A stretch of 64,000 nt of DNA from Parcubacteria group bacterium GW2011_GWA2_43_13 (GTDB lineage: Bacteria > Patescibacteriota > Patescibacteriia > UBA9629 > GWA2-43-13): assembly GCA_000999025.1 (NCBI GenBank), contig LCFM01000004.1:1925-65924 (forward strand), read 5' to 3'. Below, piece by piece: positions 1 to 11,593 of this stretch (positions within the stretch are counted from its first letter, which is position 1; every line of letters starts with the position of its first letter). Under the pieces are notes generated by a model, which was not told where the DNA came from, did not search any database, and saw only the letters and a list, made by a program, of their open reading frames with translations. A program made the position numbers and the translations under genes.

Positions 1-261
1 TTCTTCTGCGCGCTCTGCCTGATCTGCCAATACCACAACACTATCCGACTGAACCTCTGCCATCCCACCTGATACTGCCATGTAAAACTCTTCGCCTTTC
101 TGTTTGGCAATAATCTCGCCTAATCCAAGCGATGTTACCATTGGCATATGATTCGCAAGCACACCAAACTCTCCTGCCGTGCCAGGTAACGTTACCATGT
201 CCACCTCTTGGTCAAATACCAATCGTTCAAGCGTTGCTATTTTTAATTGGAAAGAAGCCAT
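1..261 (-). CDS. atpC: ATP synthase F1 epsilon subunit (3' end runs off the window)
   Basis: Manual translation from ATG at 261: MASFQLKIATLERLVFDQEVDMVTLPGTAGEFGVLANHMP...AVSGGMAEVQSDSVVVLADQAERAEE; follows atpD. Not in the ORF track. Confidence 0.95.
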   Translation of the reverse strand, partial: MASFQLKIATLERLVFDQEVDMVTLPGTAGEFGVLANHMPMVTSLGLGEIIAKQKGEEFYMAVSGGMAEVQSDSVVVLADQAERAEE

Positions 262-286
262 ACCGTATAATGACAAATTTCAGTTA

Positions 287-324
287 TCAGTTTTCACGTA
301 TCAAATGTGATACGTGAAAACTGA
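287..324. repeat. Perfect 17-bp inverted repeat within a 7-nt periodic tract between atpD and atpC
   Basis: TCAGTTTTCACGTATCA-aatg-TGATACGTGAAAACTGA; a related CAGTTTT/CAAATAT heptamer tract occurs at ~57575-57640. Confidence 0.75.
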
Positions 325-341
325 CATTTGACAATTGGCCT

Positions 342-1824
<1,483 letters not shown>

Positions 1825-1825
1825 G

Positions 1826-2758
1826 TTATACTGTTGCCATAGCGCCTGCACTGATTTCCGCGATCTCGCGTGTAATATTAGCTTGTCGCGCCTGATTATA
1901 CGCAAGTTGTAAATCGCTGATCATTTCCCCTGCTCTGTCTGTTGCATTTTTCATTGCAATCATGCGCGCGGAATGTTCAGATGCGCGTGAATCCAGTAGT
2001 GCCTTGTATACCAGCACTTCTATTAAATAAGGAATAAGGTGCTGGAACACTGTTTCTGGTGATGGTTCAAAAATATAATCAGCACGCGTCCCTCCCGCTC
2101 TCACGTCATACCTCACCCCACCCTCTCCTATGTTAGGAGAGGGGGACGACGCAACTTCCGCAATCTGCTCAAATATGGAAATATCAATCGGCAATAACTT
2201 TCTCACCACCGGGCGCTGAAGAATCGTATTCACAAAATCCGTATACGCAATATACACCTCCCGATACTCTTGTTTTATAAAACCTTGCGTTGCAATATGC
2301 GCAATCGGGGTAACCTCATTCATAGTAAAATGGTCGCCAATACCTGAAAAATCCGCACTAATCGGCATACCCATGCGCCGCGCAAAATCACGCCCCTTTT
2401 TTCCCACAGACACAATATCCAAATCATGAGGATGATCCTTAATCAACGGCAATACAGCGTTAAAAAGGTTAATATTTAATCCGCCGCAAAAACCGCGATC
2501 AGCGCTGATAAGAATAAGCCCCACTTTTGCGTTTACAGGCGACTGCTCCCAAAAAGGATGAAAATGTGAACCTGCCAAATGTTGAGTTAAATGGTTGAGA
2601 ATATTCAATGCGCCTTGTGCGTATGGATTCGCCTCTTGAGAACGTTTTTGCGCTTTTTTCATTTTAGACGTTGCGACCAATTGCATTGCACGCGTAATCT
2701 GCCGCGTATTGGTTACGGACTTTATTCTGCGTTTTATATCGCGTGTATTTGAAGACAT
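1826..2758 (-). CDS. atpG: ATP synthase F1 gamma subunit, with an in-frame palindromic insert
   Basis: IKRRIKSV..TRQITRAMQLVA; SEHSARMIAMKNAT; ARQANITREI. Confidence 0.97.
   Translation of the reverse strand: MSSNTRDIKRRIKSVTNTRQITRAMQLVATSKMKKAQKRSQEANPYAQGALNILNHLTQHLAGSHFHPFWEQSPVNAKVGLILISADRGFCGGLNINLFNAVLPLIKDHPHDLDIVSVGKKGRDFARRMGMPISADFSGIGDHFTMNEVTPIAHIATQGFIKQEYREVYIAYTDFVNTILQRPVVRKLLPIDISIFEQIAEVASSPSPNIGEGGVRYDVRAGGTRADYIFEPSPETVFQHLIPYLIEVLVYKALLDSRASEHSARMIAMKNATDRAGEMISDLQLAYNQARQANITREIAEISAGAMATV
2108..2152. repeat. CCCTCTCC..GGAGAGGG palindromic element inserted in-frame in atpG
   Basis: atacctcaccccaCCCTCTCCTAtgtTAGGAGAGGGggacgacgc; encodes SSPSPNIGEGGVRY. Confidence 0.85.
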
Positions 2759-2842
2759 ATAACGAATAACTCACACATCCGCCAGCTTCCGCCAAAGGCG
2801 AATCTGCCTCTGGCAGTGGCAGACACATGCCACACAAATCTG

Positions 2843-3253
2843 TTAATCAACTTTCTCAACTACTCCATTTAATGTTGCAAAATAGGTCTCTATAGCCAGG
2901 TCTGGGAATGTCTGTTTGATATACTCACCTGCTTGCTTGAGTTCTGATTCGTGTTTGGCGTATTCTTGCTCATCTCCCTCACATGCCCCTTTCCCGCCAT
3001 ACGCACCACAGTCCTCATGATTGATCAGTATCACTTTTTGGATATGGTGCAAATTATGCGCGATTTCAATTTGCTTTAACAGCAAAGCGCGATTGTGTTC
3101 ATCAGCAGGTGTCGTGATATTCAAAACCCCGCCAGCAATGCCGACTCTATCATGATCTCCAATAAGATGTTGCGATTCCAACCATGCATGGATTGACTTT
3201 TGAAATCGAAAATCAATGCAGGTAAAAACTATAGTTGAACATGAATGAGACAT
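2843..3253 (-). CDS. Beta-class-like carbonic anhydrase
   Basis: Zn-ligand motifs C-I-D-F-R and H-E-D-C-G, plus AGG. Confidence 0.8.
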   Translation of the reverse strand: MSHSCSTIVFTCIDFRFQKSIHAWLESQHLIGDHDRVGIAGGVLNITTPADEHNRALLLKQIEIAHNLHHIQKVILINHEDCGAYGGKGACEGDEQEYAKHESELKQAGEYIKQTFPDLAIETYFATLNGVVEKVD

Positions 3254-3328
3254 AGTGGTGAATGACAAATAACTTTCGTATCATTTGGCATTTATCATTA
3301 AGTGTTGATTTGACATTTGTTATTCTCA

Positions 3329-4837
3329 TCAGAATCCTTTTTTAAACTCTTCTGCTAATTTTTTGACTTTTTCTTGCGTTTGTTCAGTAAAATCCTTTGT
3401 TTCATGAATTTTGGCAATCAATTCAGGCGCTGCTGTGTCAAGGAATATTCTAAAACTGCTTTCAAACTGTTTTACTTTTTCAAGTTCAATGTCATCCAAT
3501 ATACCGCTTGTCGCGCTAAAAATAGCAATGACCTGATATGCCAAAGGGACAGGATCGTAATTTACTTGTTTGAGTATTTCAGTTAAACGCTTTCCGCGTT
3601 CAATACGGTTGCGGGTCTCTGTATCCAAATCCGAACCGAATTGCGCAAATGCGGCCAACTCGCGGAATTGAGCCAATTCCAAACGCAACTTTTTTGCTAC
3701 TGACTTCATTGCCTTGGTCTGGGCCGAACTACCGACACGCGAAACCGAAAGCCCCACATTCACCGCAGGCCTGATATCAGAATAAAATAAATCCGGTTCC
3801 AAATATATCTGGCCATCTGTAATAGAAATGACATTGGTAGGAATATAGGCAGACACATCACCTGCTTGGGTTTCGATAACCGGCAAAGCAGTCAATGATC
3901 CGCCTCCGTGCTCATCACTCATTTTAGCAGCGCGCTCGAGTAAACGGGAATGCAAGTAAAAGACATCACCCGGGTATGCTTCACGACCTGGCGGACGACG
4001 CAATAGCAAAGCGATCTGACGATATGCGGATGCATGTTTTGACAAATCATCATACACAATCAACGCATCTTTCCCTGCATCTCTAAAATACTCGCCCATG
4101 GCACAGCCGGCATACGGCGCTAAATATATCAATGCGGCGGGATCAGACGCACCTGCAACAACCACAATAGTATGCTCCATTGCGCCTGCTTCCTTAAGTT
4201 TAGTAACAAGTTTCGCAACTTTGGATTCTTTTTGCCCGATGGCAACGTAAATACATGTAAGGTCCCCGCCGATTTGATTCAAAATTGTATCAATTGCTAT
4301 TGCTGTTTTCCCGGTCCCGCGATCGCCGATAATCAATTCGCGCTGGCCTCGACCAATCGGAATCATGCTGTCTATGGCTTTGATACCTGTTTGCACTGGC
4401 TGTTTGACGCCTTGTCGTAACATCACGCCAGGGGCGACTTTCTCAACAAATGAGGTCTCTTTTGTTTTAATCTCCCCCTTCCCATCAAGAGGACGACCTA
4501 AAGGATCAATAACACGACCCACTAACTCCGCTCCAACCGGAACCTGCAATATTTTTCCGGTTGATTCAACTGTATCGCCCTGTTCAATTTTGGTCCAGTC
4601 GCCAAGTACAACAATACCCACGCTTTCGCGAGCTAAATTCAAAGCAAACCCATGCGATTGCTGTTTTGGGAAATACACCATTTCTCCCATCATCACATCT
4701 GACAATCCAGAAAGCAGGGCAACTCCATCTGCCACCATTGTTACTTCTCCGACATGCCTGACTTCTGTGGTTTGAGGAAGATGCTCAATCTGCTTACGCA
4801 GTGTTTCGATGATGGATTGTGAACTATCTTTAGGCAT
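3329..4837 (-). CDS. atpA: ATP synthase F1 alpha subunit
   Basis: [29 protein letters not shown]. Confidence 0.98.
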   Translation of the reverse strand: MPKDSSQSIIETLRKQIEHLPQTTEVRHVGEVTMVADGVALLSGLSDVMMGEMVYFPKQQSHGFALNLARESVGIVVLGDWTKIEQGDTVESTGKILQVPVGAELVGRVIDPLGRPLDGKGEIKTKETSFVEKVAPGVMLRQGVKQPVQTGIKAIDSMIPIGRGQRELIIGDRGTGKTAIAIDTILNQIGGDLTCIYVAIGQKESKVAKLVTKLKEAGAMEHTIVVVAGASDPAALIYLAPYAGCAMGEYFRDAGKDALIVYDDLSKHASAYRQIALLLRRPPGREAYPGDVFYLHSRLLERAAKMSDEHGGGSLTALPVIETQAGDVSAYIPTNVISITDGQIYLEPDLFYSDIRPAVNVGLSVSRVGSSAQTKAMKSVAKKLRLELAQFRELAAFAQFGSDLDTETRNRIERGKRLTEILKQVNYDPVPLAYQVIAIFSATSGILDDIELEKVKQFESSFRIFLDTAAPELIAKIHETKDFTEQTQEKVKKLAEEFKKGF

Positions 4838-4856
4838 ATAAAAATATCGCTAAAAA

Positions 4857-5342
4857 TTACGCGAGAAATCCTGCTAATTTTTTCCGTATGGACTGATCAA
4901 CTTCTCTATCCCCTATTTGAATTTTTATTCCTCCCATTAACTCTTTATCCACGGTAAAATGAATAGCGCCGGTGCTTTCAATATCACGCAGTTCATTGGC
5001 AAGCCATGACGAAATCTCTTCAGAAAGAGGTTGAGCAGACGTAACAGTAATCTGTTTTCCATCGTTTTGTTCTGCGTGCCGAGCAAGTTCCGCAAGCGCA
5101 CGCCAATCTTGATTTCCAATTGCCAATATCACAACATGTTTCACCGCGTCCACAACATATTCCCCAAAAATATCATCAAGCGCCTGCTTCTTTTTTTGAT
5201 TATCACTCTCTTTTGACAATTCCTGTTTTTGCGCTTGATCCAAGGTGTGTACCACAAGAGACAGATGATCCAACGCCAAATCGAGCCGCTCATGCCCAAC
5301 AGATTGCTGTAATGCTTGAAGATAATCGTGCGTTGTAGGCAT
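4857..5342 (-). CDS. atpH: ATP synthase delta subunit
   Basis: Position between atpF and atpA; C-terminal VTSAQPL...VDKELMGGIKIQIGD..VDQSI. Confidence 0.85.
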   Translation of the reverse strand: MPTTHDYLQALQQSVGHERLDLALDHLSLVVHTLDQAQKQELSKESDNQKKKQALDDIFGEYVVDAVKHVVILAIGNQDWRALAELARHAEQNDGKQITVTSAQPLSEEISSWLANELRDIESTGAIHFTVDKELMGGIKIQIGDREVDQSIRKKLAGFLA

Positions 5343-5388
5343 AAACAATACATTAAAAATGAAAGTGTAAAAAGCAAATTGTGCATTT

Positions 5389-5898
5389 TTATTTTTGCTT
5401 TTTCTTTTTCAACGTGGCGAGTGCTTCTTCCATCAGCTTTTTCTGTACTTTTTCATCAACTTCTTTTTCTAAAATTTTTTCCGCCAATAGAGCTGCAAGT
5501 TGCTTGACCTCTGATTCTAAAGCAACAAACATATTCTGCTTTTCTTGAGCAATAATAGATCGCGCTTCTTCCACAATTTTATGCGCTTCCTCTTCTGCCC
5601 GCGCTTTCAATTCTTTTCTTATTTTATCCTGCTGTTCCAATGACTTTGCGTGCATATCTTCCAATTCCTTTCGCTGTTGAGCCATGCGCGCCTTTACATC
5701 CTTTTCCAATGCTTGCGATTTTTTTTCAAGCTCTGCCGCCTTATTCAAACTTTCACTTATTTTCCCCTCTCGTTCAGCCATAATTTTTTTAACTGGCTTG
5801 TATAAAAAATACCACAGCACGGCAAATAGCAAACCAAAATTAATGATTTGCCACAACAATACTTTGCCTTCTATACCAAATGATCGTAAAAGTTCCAT
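5389..5898 (-). CDS. atpF: ATP synthase F0 b subunit
   Basis: WQIINFGLLFAVLWYFLYKPV..ER TM helix followed by a coiled coil. Confidence 0.95.
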   Translation of the reverse strand: MELLRSFGIEGKVLLWQIINFGLLFAVLWYFLYKPVKKIMAEREGKISESLNKAAELEKKSQALEKDVKARMAQQRKELEDMHAKSLEQQDKIRKELKARAEEEAHKIVEEARSIIAQEKQNMFVALESEVKQLAALLAEKILEKEVDEKVQKKLMEEALATLKKKKQK

Positions 5899-5945
5899 AT
5901 CACATGTGTGAGTTATTCGTAATCAATGTGTAAACTATTCGTGCT

Positions 5946-6281
<336 letters not shown>

Positions 6282-6283
6282 AT

Positions 6284-7105
6284 TTAATGATGTTCCTCTG
6301 CATGACTTGTCATTGCAAGTTTTATAAAGACAAGCGTGAGCATAGCAAATACAAACGCCTGTATCAATGCCACAAACAATTCAAGCCCGTAAAATGGAAT
6401 CGGTAAAAAATATGGCACCAGCATTCCGATGACAGCCAACAGCACTTCACCTGCAAAAATATTCCCGAACAACCGGAAAGAAAAAGAAATAATCTTAGCG
6501 AATTCTGAAATCGTTTCCAATATCCCGACAAAAAAATTGATTGGATTAGAAACATTAAAAAACTTTTTCAGATACCCCCATCCCAACATACGGAATCCCA
6601 CAATCTGCGTAATGGCAACTGAAATCAAAGCAAGGGCAATCGTCGTGTTTAAATCAGATGTCGGCGCGCGAAAGAGTGGCACAAATTCCTCATGATACTC
6701 CGTCTCCGTAGAAACGACCCCCTGGGGCGTTTCTACGGTCTCTCCATCTGCAACCTCTTCCGCCTTGACTGTTTCTTTCTCAAAAAACCCGACACTCCCA
6801 ACCCCGGGCAACAGTCCGATTAAATTTCCAATAAAAACAAACAAGAAAATCGTCGTAATGAACGGCGCGGCTTTTTCTGCCCACCGCTTTTGTTCAAGCA
6901 CGGTCTCGCATAAGTTGAGAAAAAAAACATACACTGCCTCCAAAACCATCTGCAATCCAACTGGAACCAATCTGCGCCTCCCCAACCCAATAAGAACGAG
7001 CACAGCCAATACCGCCATGCCTATCCATGTAGTAAACAAGGAATTGGTAATCGGCCAGCCGCCGATATTCCATAATTCTTCCGCAACAATCGAAATAGAA
7101 AGCAT
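6284..7105 (-). CDS. atpB: ATP synthase F0 a subunit, with an in-frame REP insert
   Basis: PTSDLNTT; ISFSFRLFGNIFAGE; IQAFVF. Confidence 0.97.
   Translation of the reverse strand: MLSISIVAEELWNIGGWPITNSLFTTWIGMAVLAVLVLIGLGRRRLVPVGLQMVLEAVYVFFLNLCETVLEQKRWAEKAAPFITTIFLFVFIGNLIGLLPGVGSVGFFEKETVKAEEVADGETVETPQGVVSTETEYHEEFVPLFRAPTSDLNTTIALALISVAITQIVGFRMLGWGYLKKFFNVSNPINFFVGILETISEFAKIISFSFRLFGNIFAGEVLLAVIGMLVPYFLPIPFYGLELFVALIQAFVFAMLTLVFIKLAMTSHAEEHH
6708..6736. repeat. GTAG-type REP palindrome in-frame in atpB
   Basis: GTAGAAACG-accccctgggg-CGTTTCTAC; encodes VETPQGVVST. Confidence 0.8.
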
Positions 7106-7232
7106 ACTTCTGCTGTTTTTAAAAAATATTAAACTATAGTACGTTCTTTTCTCTTATACGTCAACCCTCGTATGCCTTGACACAAAGCATTTTCCCTCCC
7201 TGCGCTCCACTTTTCAACCCATCACTATACAT

Positions 7233-7241
7233 AGTATAGCA
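7233..7241 (-). promoter_or_regulatory. Extended -10 promoter candidate for the atp operon
   Basis: TG-C-TATACT on the minus strand upstream of atpB. Confidence 0.5.
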
Positions 7242-7249
7242 TAATACAC

Positions 7250-7277
7250 AAAAAAGAGAGGCAATGCCTCTCTTTTT
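7250..7277. terminator. Intrinsic terminator after serS
   Basis: AAAAAGAGAGGCA-a-TGCCTCTCTTTTT hairpin with A/T tracts on both sides. Confidence 0.8.
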
Positions 7278-7292
7278 CTATAAACACATTGA

Positions 7293-8600
7293 CTATTGCG
7301 ATTTTTTATGGCTTATAATGTCGGATCCCACATATTTCTGCAATACCTTGGGCACTGCAATGGTTCCGTCTTTTTGCTGATTATGTTCCAAAATCGCAAT
7401 CAGCATACGAGGGCTTGGAACAGCTGTACTGTTTAACATATAAACATGTTTTGTTCCTGTGTCATCTTTATACCGCACATTCAACCGGCGCGCTTGCCAG
7501 TCCAAAAAATTAGAAGCTGACCCTGTTTCGCCATACCCGTTCATGCTTGGTATCCATGCTTCTATATCATACTGCTTGTATTTTCCTGCGCCTAAATCGC
7601 CAGTGCAAATTAAAAGCTGACGATATGGGATATTCAAATCTTCATGCAGTTCTTTTGCAATCAGAATCAACTCTTCATGCAATTTCTCTGATTCAGCAAC
7701 ATCAGCATGAGTCATCGCAACCTGCTCAATTTTCATAAATTCGTGCACCCGATAAATACCTTTTGTATTTTTGCCGTAACTGCCGATTTCACTGCGATAG
7801 CACTGGGAAAACCCACAAAATTTCATGGGTAATTTTTTTTCATCAATAATCTCATCAGCATAATACGCCAAAATACTTGGCTCTGCTGTACCGACTAAAA
7901 ATTTATCTTCCTTTAAGATACTCCCATCTGCCGTTTTCTCTTCACTATTTGCGATTTTATAAATTTCATCAATACATGGATCATACTTTCTGCCACTAAA
8001 ATATCCACTCCCAAACAATGCAAATTCTTTCACCAAGGTCGGCGGAATTATTGGAGTAAATCCTTTTTTTATCAGTTTTTCCAGCGCATACATCATCAGC
8101 CCCATGACAAGTCCGACTGCTTCATTTTTAAGATAATATCCGCGATACCCAGACACCTTTGCTCCGCGTTGAAAATCAATCAAGTCCAAATTTTCCGCCA
8201 ATTCAACATGGCTCTTTGGTTCAAAATCAAATTTCGGCGGTTCGCCCCATGTTACTACTTCAATATTATCTTTATCACTTTTGCCCAATGGGACATCTTT
8301 TGACGGTATGGTTGGCACTTTCACCATTAAATCCATGTACTCTTCTTGAACCCTCCCCAACTCTTGCTCTAATTCCGCGATGTGTTTTTTAACTCCTTTG
8401 AGCCGCTCAATAGTAGCATCATCTGGTTTGGTTTTAGATAATTTGTTCTGCTCGGCTTTCATGTCTTCTATCTGACGCAAACAATTCACCCGCGCTGAAT
8501 CAACTTTCAAAAGCTGGTCAATATCAATATTCAGCCCCCTATCTTGGGCCGCTTTTTTAACCTCATCCGCATGTTCTCGAATAAATTTAATATCCACCAT
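7293..8600 (-). CDS. serS: Serine--tRNA ligase
   Basis: N-terminal coiled coil; GTAE, CYRSE, RVHEFMKIEQ, DIEAW, SASNFLDWQARR. Confidence 0.97.
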   Translation of the reverse strand: MVDIKFIREHADEVKKAAQDRGLNIDIDQLLKVDSARVNCLRQIEDMKAEQNKLSKTKPDDATIERLKGVKKHIAELEQELGRVQEEYMDLMVKVPTIPSKDVPLGKSDKDNIEVVTWGEPPKFDFEPKSHVELAENLDLIDFQRGAKVSGYRGYYLKNEAVGLVMGLMMYALEKLIKKGFTPIIPPTLVKEFALFGSGYFSGRKYDPCIDEIYKIANSEEKTADGSILKEDKFLVGTAEPSILAYYADEIIDEKKLPMKFCGFSQCYRSEIGSYGKNTKGIYRVHEFMKIEQVAMTHADVAESEKLHEELILIAKELHEDLNIPYRQLLICTGDLGAGKYKQYDIEAWIPSMNGYGETGSASNFLDWQARRLNVRYKDDTGTKHVYMLNSTAVPSPRMLIAILEHNQQKDGTIAVPKVLQKYVGSDIISHKKSQ

Positions 8601-8658
8601 AGTGATGTTTTATTCCTCATCACTCTACCACTCGCATAAAAAATTGCAAAGCAACACA

Positions 8659-9168
8659 TTAAAAAAAGTACTTTTTCAGCAAAAACAGCAACTCAGGATG
8701 AAACTTTTCTCCTTTTTCAATCATATCTTGAATAGTTTGGAGGGTAAAAAAATCAGCCCTTACTACTGCGTTCGAATCAGGTGACAAAGGACCATTAAAT
8801 GTTGTTTTAAATGTTACAAGAAATTTAGAAGGACGTCCTTCAACCTCATACACAGCTTTCCCTAAAAACACCAGATCGCTTGTACTGCCCAATTCTTCTG
8901 TATATTCTCTCAATGCCGCTTGTTCATACGTCTCGCCTGATTGCACATGCCCACCAACAGCAGTTGACCAATGCAAAGGACAAAAAAATACATGAGTGCT
9001 CCGCAGTTGCAAAGCCATTTCATTGGTATCATTAAAAATCAGGACATGCGCAATCCGATGACGCAAACAATCGCGATATACGTCATCTTTTGCCGCTCGC
9101 CCCACCACTTGATCCTGCTCATCAACGATATCTAAAAATTCGATCATACTCGGAATATTTTTATCCAT
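8659..9168 (-). CDS. NUDIX hydrolase (IPP isomerase-like)
   Basis: Nudix box GGHVQSGETYEQAALREYTEELG. Confidence 0.85.
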   Translation of the reverse strand: MDKNIPSMIEFLDIVDEQDQVVGRAAKDDVYRDCLRHRIAHVLIFNDTNEMALQLRSTHVFFCPLHWSTAVGGHVQSGETYEQAALREYTEELGSTSDLVFLGKAVYEVEGRPSKFLVTFKTTFNGPLSPDSNAVVRADFFTLQTIQDMIEKGEKFHPELLFLLKKYFF

Positions 9169-9241
9169 ATTAAGTAGATATCGTGAATCGATTAAACTAT
9201 TTGCAGATAAAATCTATCAAATTTTACATTAGTGACAAATT

Positions 9242-9886
9242 CTAAATCTTGGAATCCTTATCTCCTAAACATACCTGGTGGCTCATGTTCCAAAAAAGAT
9301 CCTTGGCGTCTTCAATAGCTTCTGGGTCAGTCGCGCTCGTCAATAAAGAAGCGATATGTCTAAGAGAAATGCGTTTAGAATTGTTTAATGCCTCCTGGCA
9401 TGTATGCCCCTTCAATAATGAAATAGCAATATGATTAGAGGGCCCCAAAAATCTCTCCGCCCGCCTATCTTGTAACGGATTGGTAAGAAAATTACGATCC
9501 AAGTTAAGAATAAAGCATTCATCGTAACCAATAAAAGTAGCATTATTTTTGGTGCAAACTTCAACGCCTAATACCTTTGCCGAAGAACAGGCAACCGCAT
9601 ATGTAATACGATTTTCTAATAGATTGCTGTTAACCCCAACACTCACCAACACCTCATCATTATGCCCGCAAATCGAACGATTATCGCCATGTCCGTTTAA
9701 TAATACCAAAAACGGACCGATTTTTTTAATCCGCCCTTCAAACTCCTTTTTATTAGCTTTTTCTTTGTGTAGATCAACCACCTCATGGCCTTTACTCTTG
9801 GCTATTTCAATGACCTTTTTGTTCCAATGGGATAAATGCCGAGTCAAAGGATCGTGTTCCGGTCTGGTAACCAGTATCCTACCCAT
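9242..9886 (-). CDS. Putative clan CD (caspase/CHAT/gingipain-fold) cysteine protease
   Basis: LVLLNGHG (His66), ITYAVACSS (Cys100), ATFIGY, C-terminal CLGD. Confidence 0.6.
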   Translation of the reverse strand: MGRILVTRPEHDPLTRHLSHWNKKVIEIAKSKGHEVVDLHKEKANKKEFEGRIKKIGPFLVLLNGHGDNRSICGHNDEVLVSVGVNSNLLENRITYAVACSSAKVLGVEVCTKNNATFIGYDECFILNLDRNFLTNPLQDRRAERFLGPSNHIAISLLKGHTCQEALNNSKRISLRHIASLLTSATDPEAIEDAKDLFWNMSHQVCLGDKDSKI

Positions 9887-9889
9887 AAA

Positions 9890-10147
9890 TTAAGCCGTTA
9901 AAATTTCATTTATAATCCCACTTTTTAAAGCTCGTAACCATTCTATTTCCACCCGCTCGATTGTTTCTCCTATTTCATCGCCGGCCCGTACATGCTCAAT
10001 CAGCTGGTCCCTCGTAAATGAGCCCTCACTACCTATACATTTAATAGTATCTGGTGAAGTTGTTTTTAACCGCGCAATTACAAGCCGCCTGATTTCTTCA
10101 TCAGTAGAAAAATCGTTATGTATTTTTTCACCCTCTTGTTTTTTCAT
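9890..10147 (-). CDS. Small hypothetical protein (85 aa), coupled to the protease gene
   Basis: ORF lies 3 nt from the downstream gene; shares a motif with 10149..10340. Confidence 0.75.
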   Translation of the reverse strand: MKKQEGEKIHNDFSTDEEIRRLVIARLKTTSPDTIKCIGSEGSFTRDQLIEHVRAGDEIGETIERVEIEWLRALKSGIINEILTA

Positions 10148-10148
10148 A

Positions 10149-10340
10149 TTAAATAAACTGCAACTTCTCGAGTTTTTCTAAAATAGTTTTACTTAATTCC
10201 GTGTCATTATCCACCTCAATGAAAGCCACATCCCAAGTGATTGGGCCTTTTTCATCCAAAACCAAAATAATCTCCTGTCTAATACCAAGCGGTAGATTGG
10301 CATAGGTTTTAAGAAATTTTTCCCTGCTACCCTGGTTCAT
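10149..10340 (-). CDS. Small hypothetical protein (63 aa)
   Basis: ORF lies 1 nt from the downstream gene; YANLP...GPITWDVAFIEV. Confidence 0.75.
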   Translation of the reverse strand: MNQGSREKFLKTYANLPLGIRQEIILVLDEKGPITWDVAFIEVDNDTELSKTILEKLEKLQFI

Positions 10341-10349
10341 AGGTTTCTA

Positions 10350-11060
10350 TTATACCACTTCCGCTCGGTTGACGGCAACTTTATTCAAACACATCAAATC
10401 TTCTCCATATAATTCGGCTTTTAGAACAAAATTAAATGCATCAAGCGCCATACAATAATCAAAATCCTCTACCGGGTGGGTTTCTACATTGGTGTCAAAA
10501 AAATGATCAGCAAATCCTTCCGTCTTGAGATGATCAACAATCTTTTTAAAATCATTCGGTTTTCCGAGCAACGCGTTTTTAATATAGCACGCGCACACCG
10601 CATCTTCATCTAAAATAGTTTCATTTTCCGTTCCAGTACACACAAGAGAAATATTTTCAGAATTTTTTGTTTTTATGTAATTGATAATTGCTCCGACATT
10701 TACAAAACTCCCTGTTAAAATTTCTTCCGCATGGTGAGCGTACACGATGCATGGCGTCCCTTTCGTTGTAGTGTGAACAACCGTTTTGCCTGTAAAATCA
10801 ATGTCGTGTATCTGGGACGGTGAATTCCCAAAATCAAATTCAGTGAGGATAGTTCCATGGCATTCGCCCATGAGGATAAAATCAGGATTGTCTTTTTTTA
10901 ATTGAAGCGCGGTGTCAGTATCACCAATAGGAATTATTTTTTCAGCGCCTGCGCCGATAACATAGCAGGCAGTAGAAAACGCTCGAAAAACATCAATAAT
11001 AACCGCTAATCCTTTCGCCTTCTTTGCGCCTTCAATGTTTTGCAAAATTTCGATGTTCAT
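10350..11060 (-). CDS. 2-phosphosulfolactate phosphatase (ComB) family protein
   Basis: VIIDVFRAFST, FDFGNSP, TTTKGT, EDAVCA. Confidence 0.85.
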   Translation of the reverse strand: MNIEILQNIEGAKKAKGLAVIIDVFRAFSTACYVIGAGAEKIIPIGDTDTALQLKKDNPDFILMGECHGTILTEFDFGNSPSQIHDIDFTGKTVVHTTTKGTPCIVYAHHAEEILTGSFVNVGAIINYIKTKNSENISLVCTGTENETILDEDAVCACYIKNALLGKPNDFKKIVDHLKTEGFADHFFDTNVETHPVEDFDYCMALDAFNFVLKAELYGEDLMCLNKVAVNRAEVV

Positions 11061-11065
11061 AGATT

Positions 11066-11416
11066 TTAAGAATTCGTACTTATAGATATTTCTTGTGTAT
11101 CATCTTTTGTCGCGTCAGTGGTTATCATTTCTCCTTTTTTAATATCTCGCAAAGCAATATCGCATTTTTTAACTAAATCCTGATATGTATTTGGGTGTTC
11201 TGAATGATTAACATACCGCTCTGGTTCAGAATACAAATATATTACGCCCCAATGCGTGTGCGTAAACTGTTTTTCTTTTTCTGGCAAGTTCTGATATTTC
11301 TCATCAGTCAGCACTTTCAAATTATACGCAATCACCACTTCTCCTCTCTTAAAATCCCGCGCCGCATACACGCCCCTGCCATCTAAATTCCCTTTCCCTA
11401 TAACCATATCTTTCAT
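11066..11416 (-). CDS. SET-domain protein
   Basis: GRGVYAARDFKRGEVV; RYVNHS.HPN; ALRDIKKGEMIT. Confidence 0.85.
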   Translation of the reverse strand: MKDMVIGKGNLDGRGVYAARDFKRGEVVIAYNLKVLTDEKYQNLPEKEKQFTHTHWGVIYLYSEPERYVNHSEHPNTYQDLVKKCDIALRDIKKGEMITTDATKDDTQEISISTNS

Positions 11417-11550
11417 AGTGAATTAGCCAATTCTTGCTCTCATTTTTTATAAAAAATATCTACTGCCTCTCTTTCAATCCATAGCTTATGGCCGCACTGT
11501 TCTAATATATATTCTGATATGTTCCATACTTGTATTTTCTTGAAAAATAT

Positions 11551-11578
11551 TTGACTTTTTGGTCCAATCTGCTATACT
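11551..11578 (+). promoter_or_regulatory. Sigma70-type promoter facing the 3' end of the NYN gene
   Basis: TTGACT-16 nt-TATACT with a TG extension. Confidence 0.6.
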
Positions 11579-11593
11579 ATATTCATCACTACG

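Noticed and set aside
3329..3331. Alternative genetic code (TGA=Gly as in Gracilibacteria/Absconditabacteria)
   Set aside because: Long genes are uninterrupted under code 11, and atpA ends at a TGA at the expected length.
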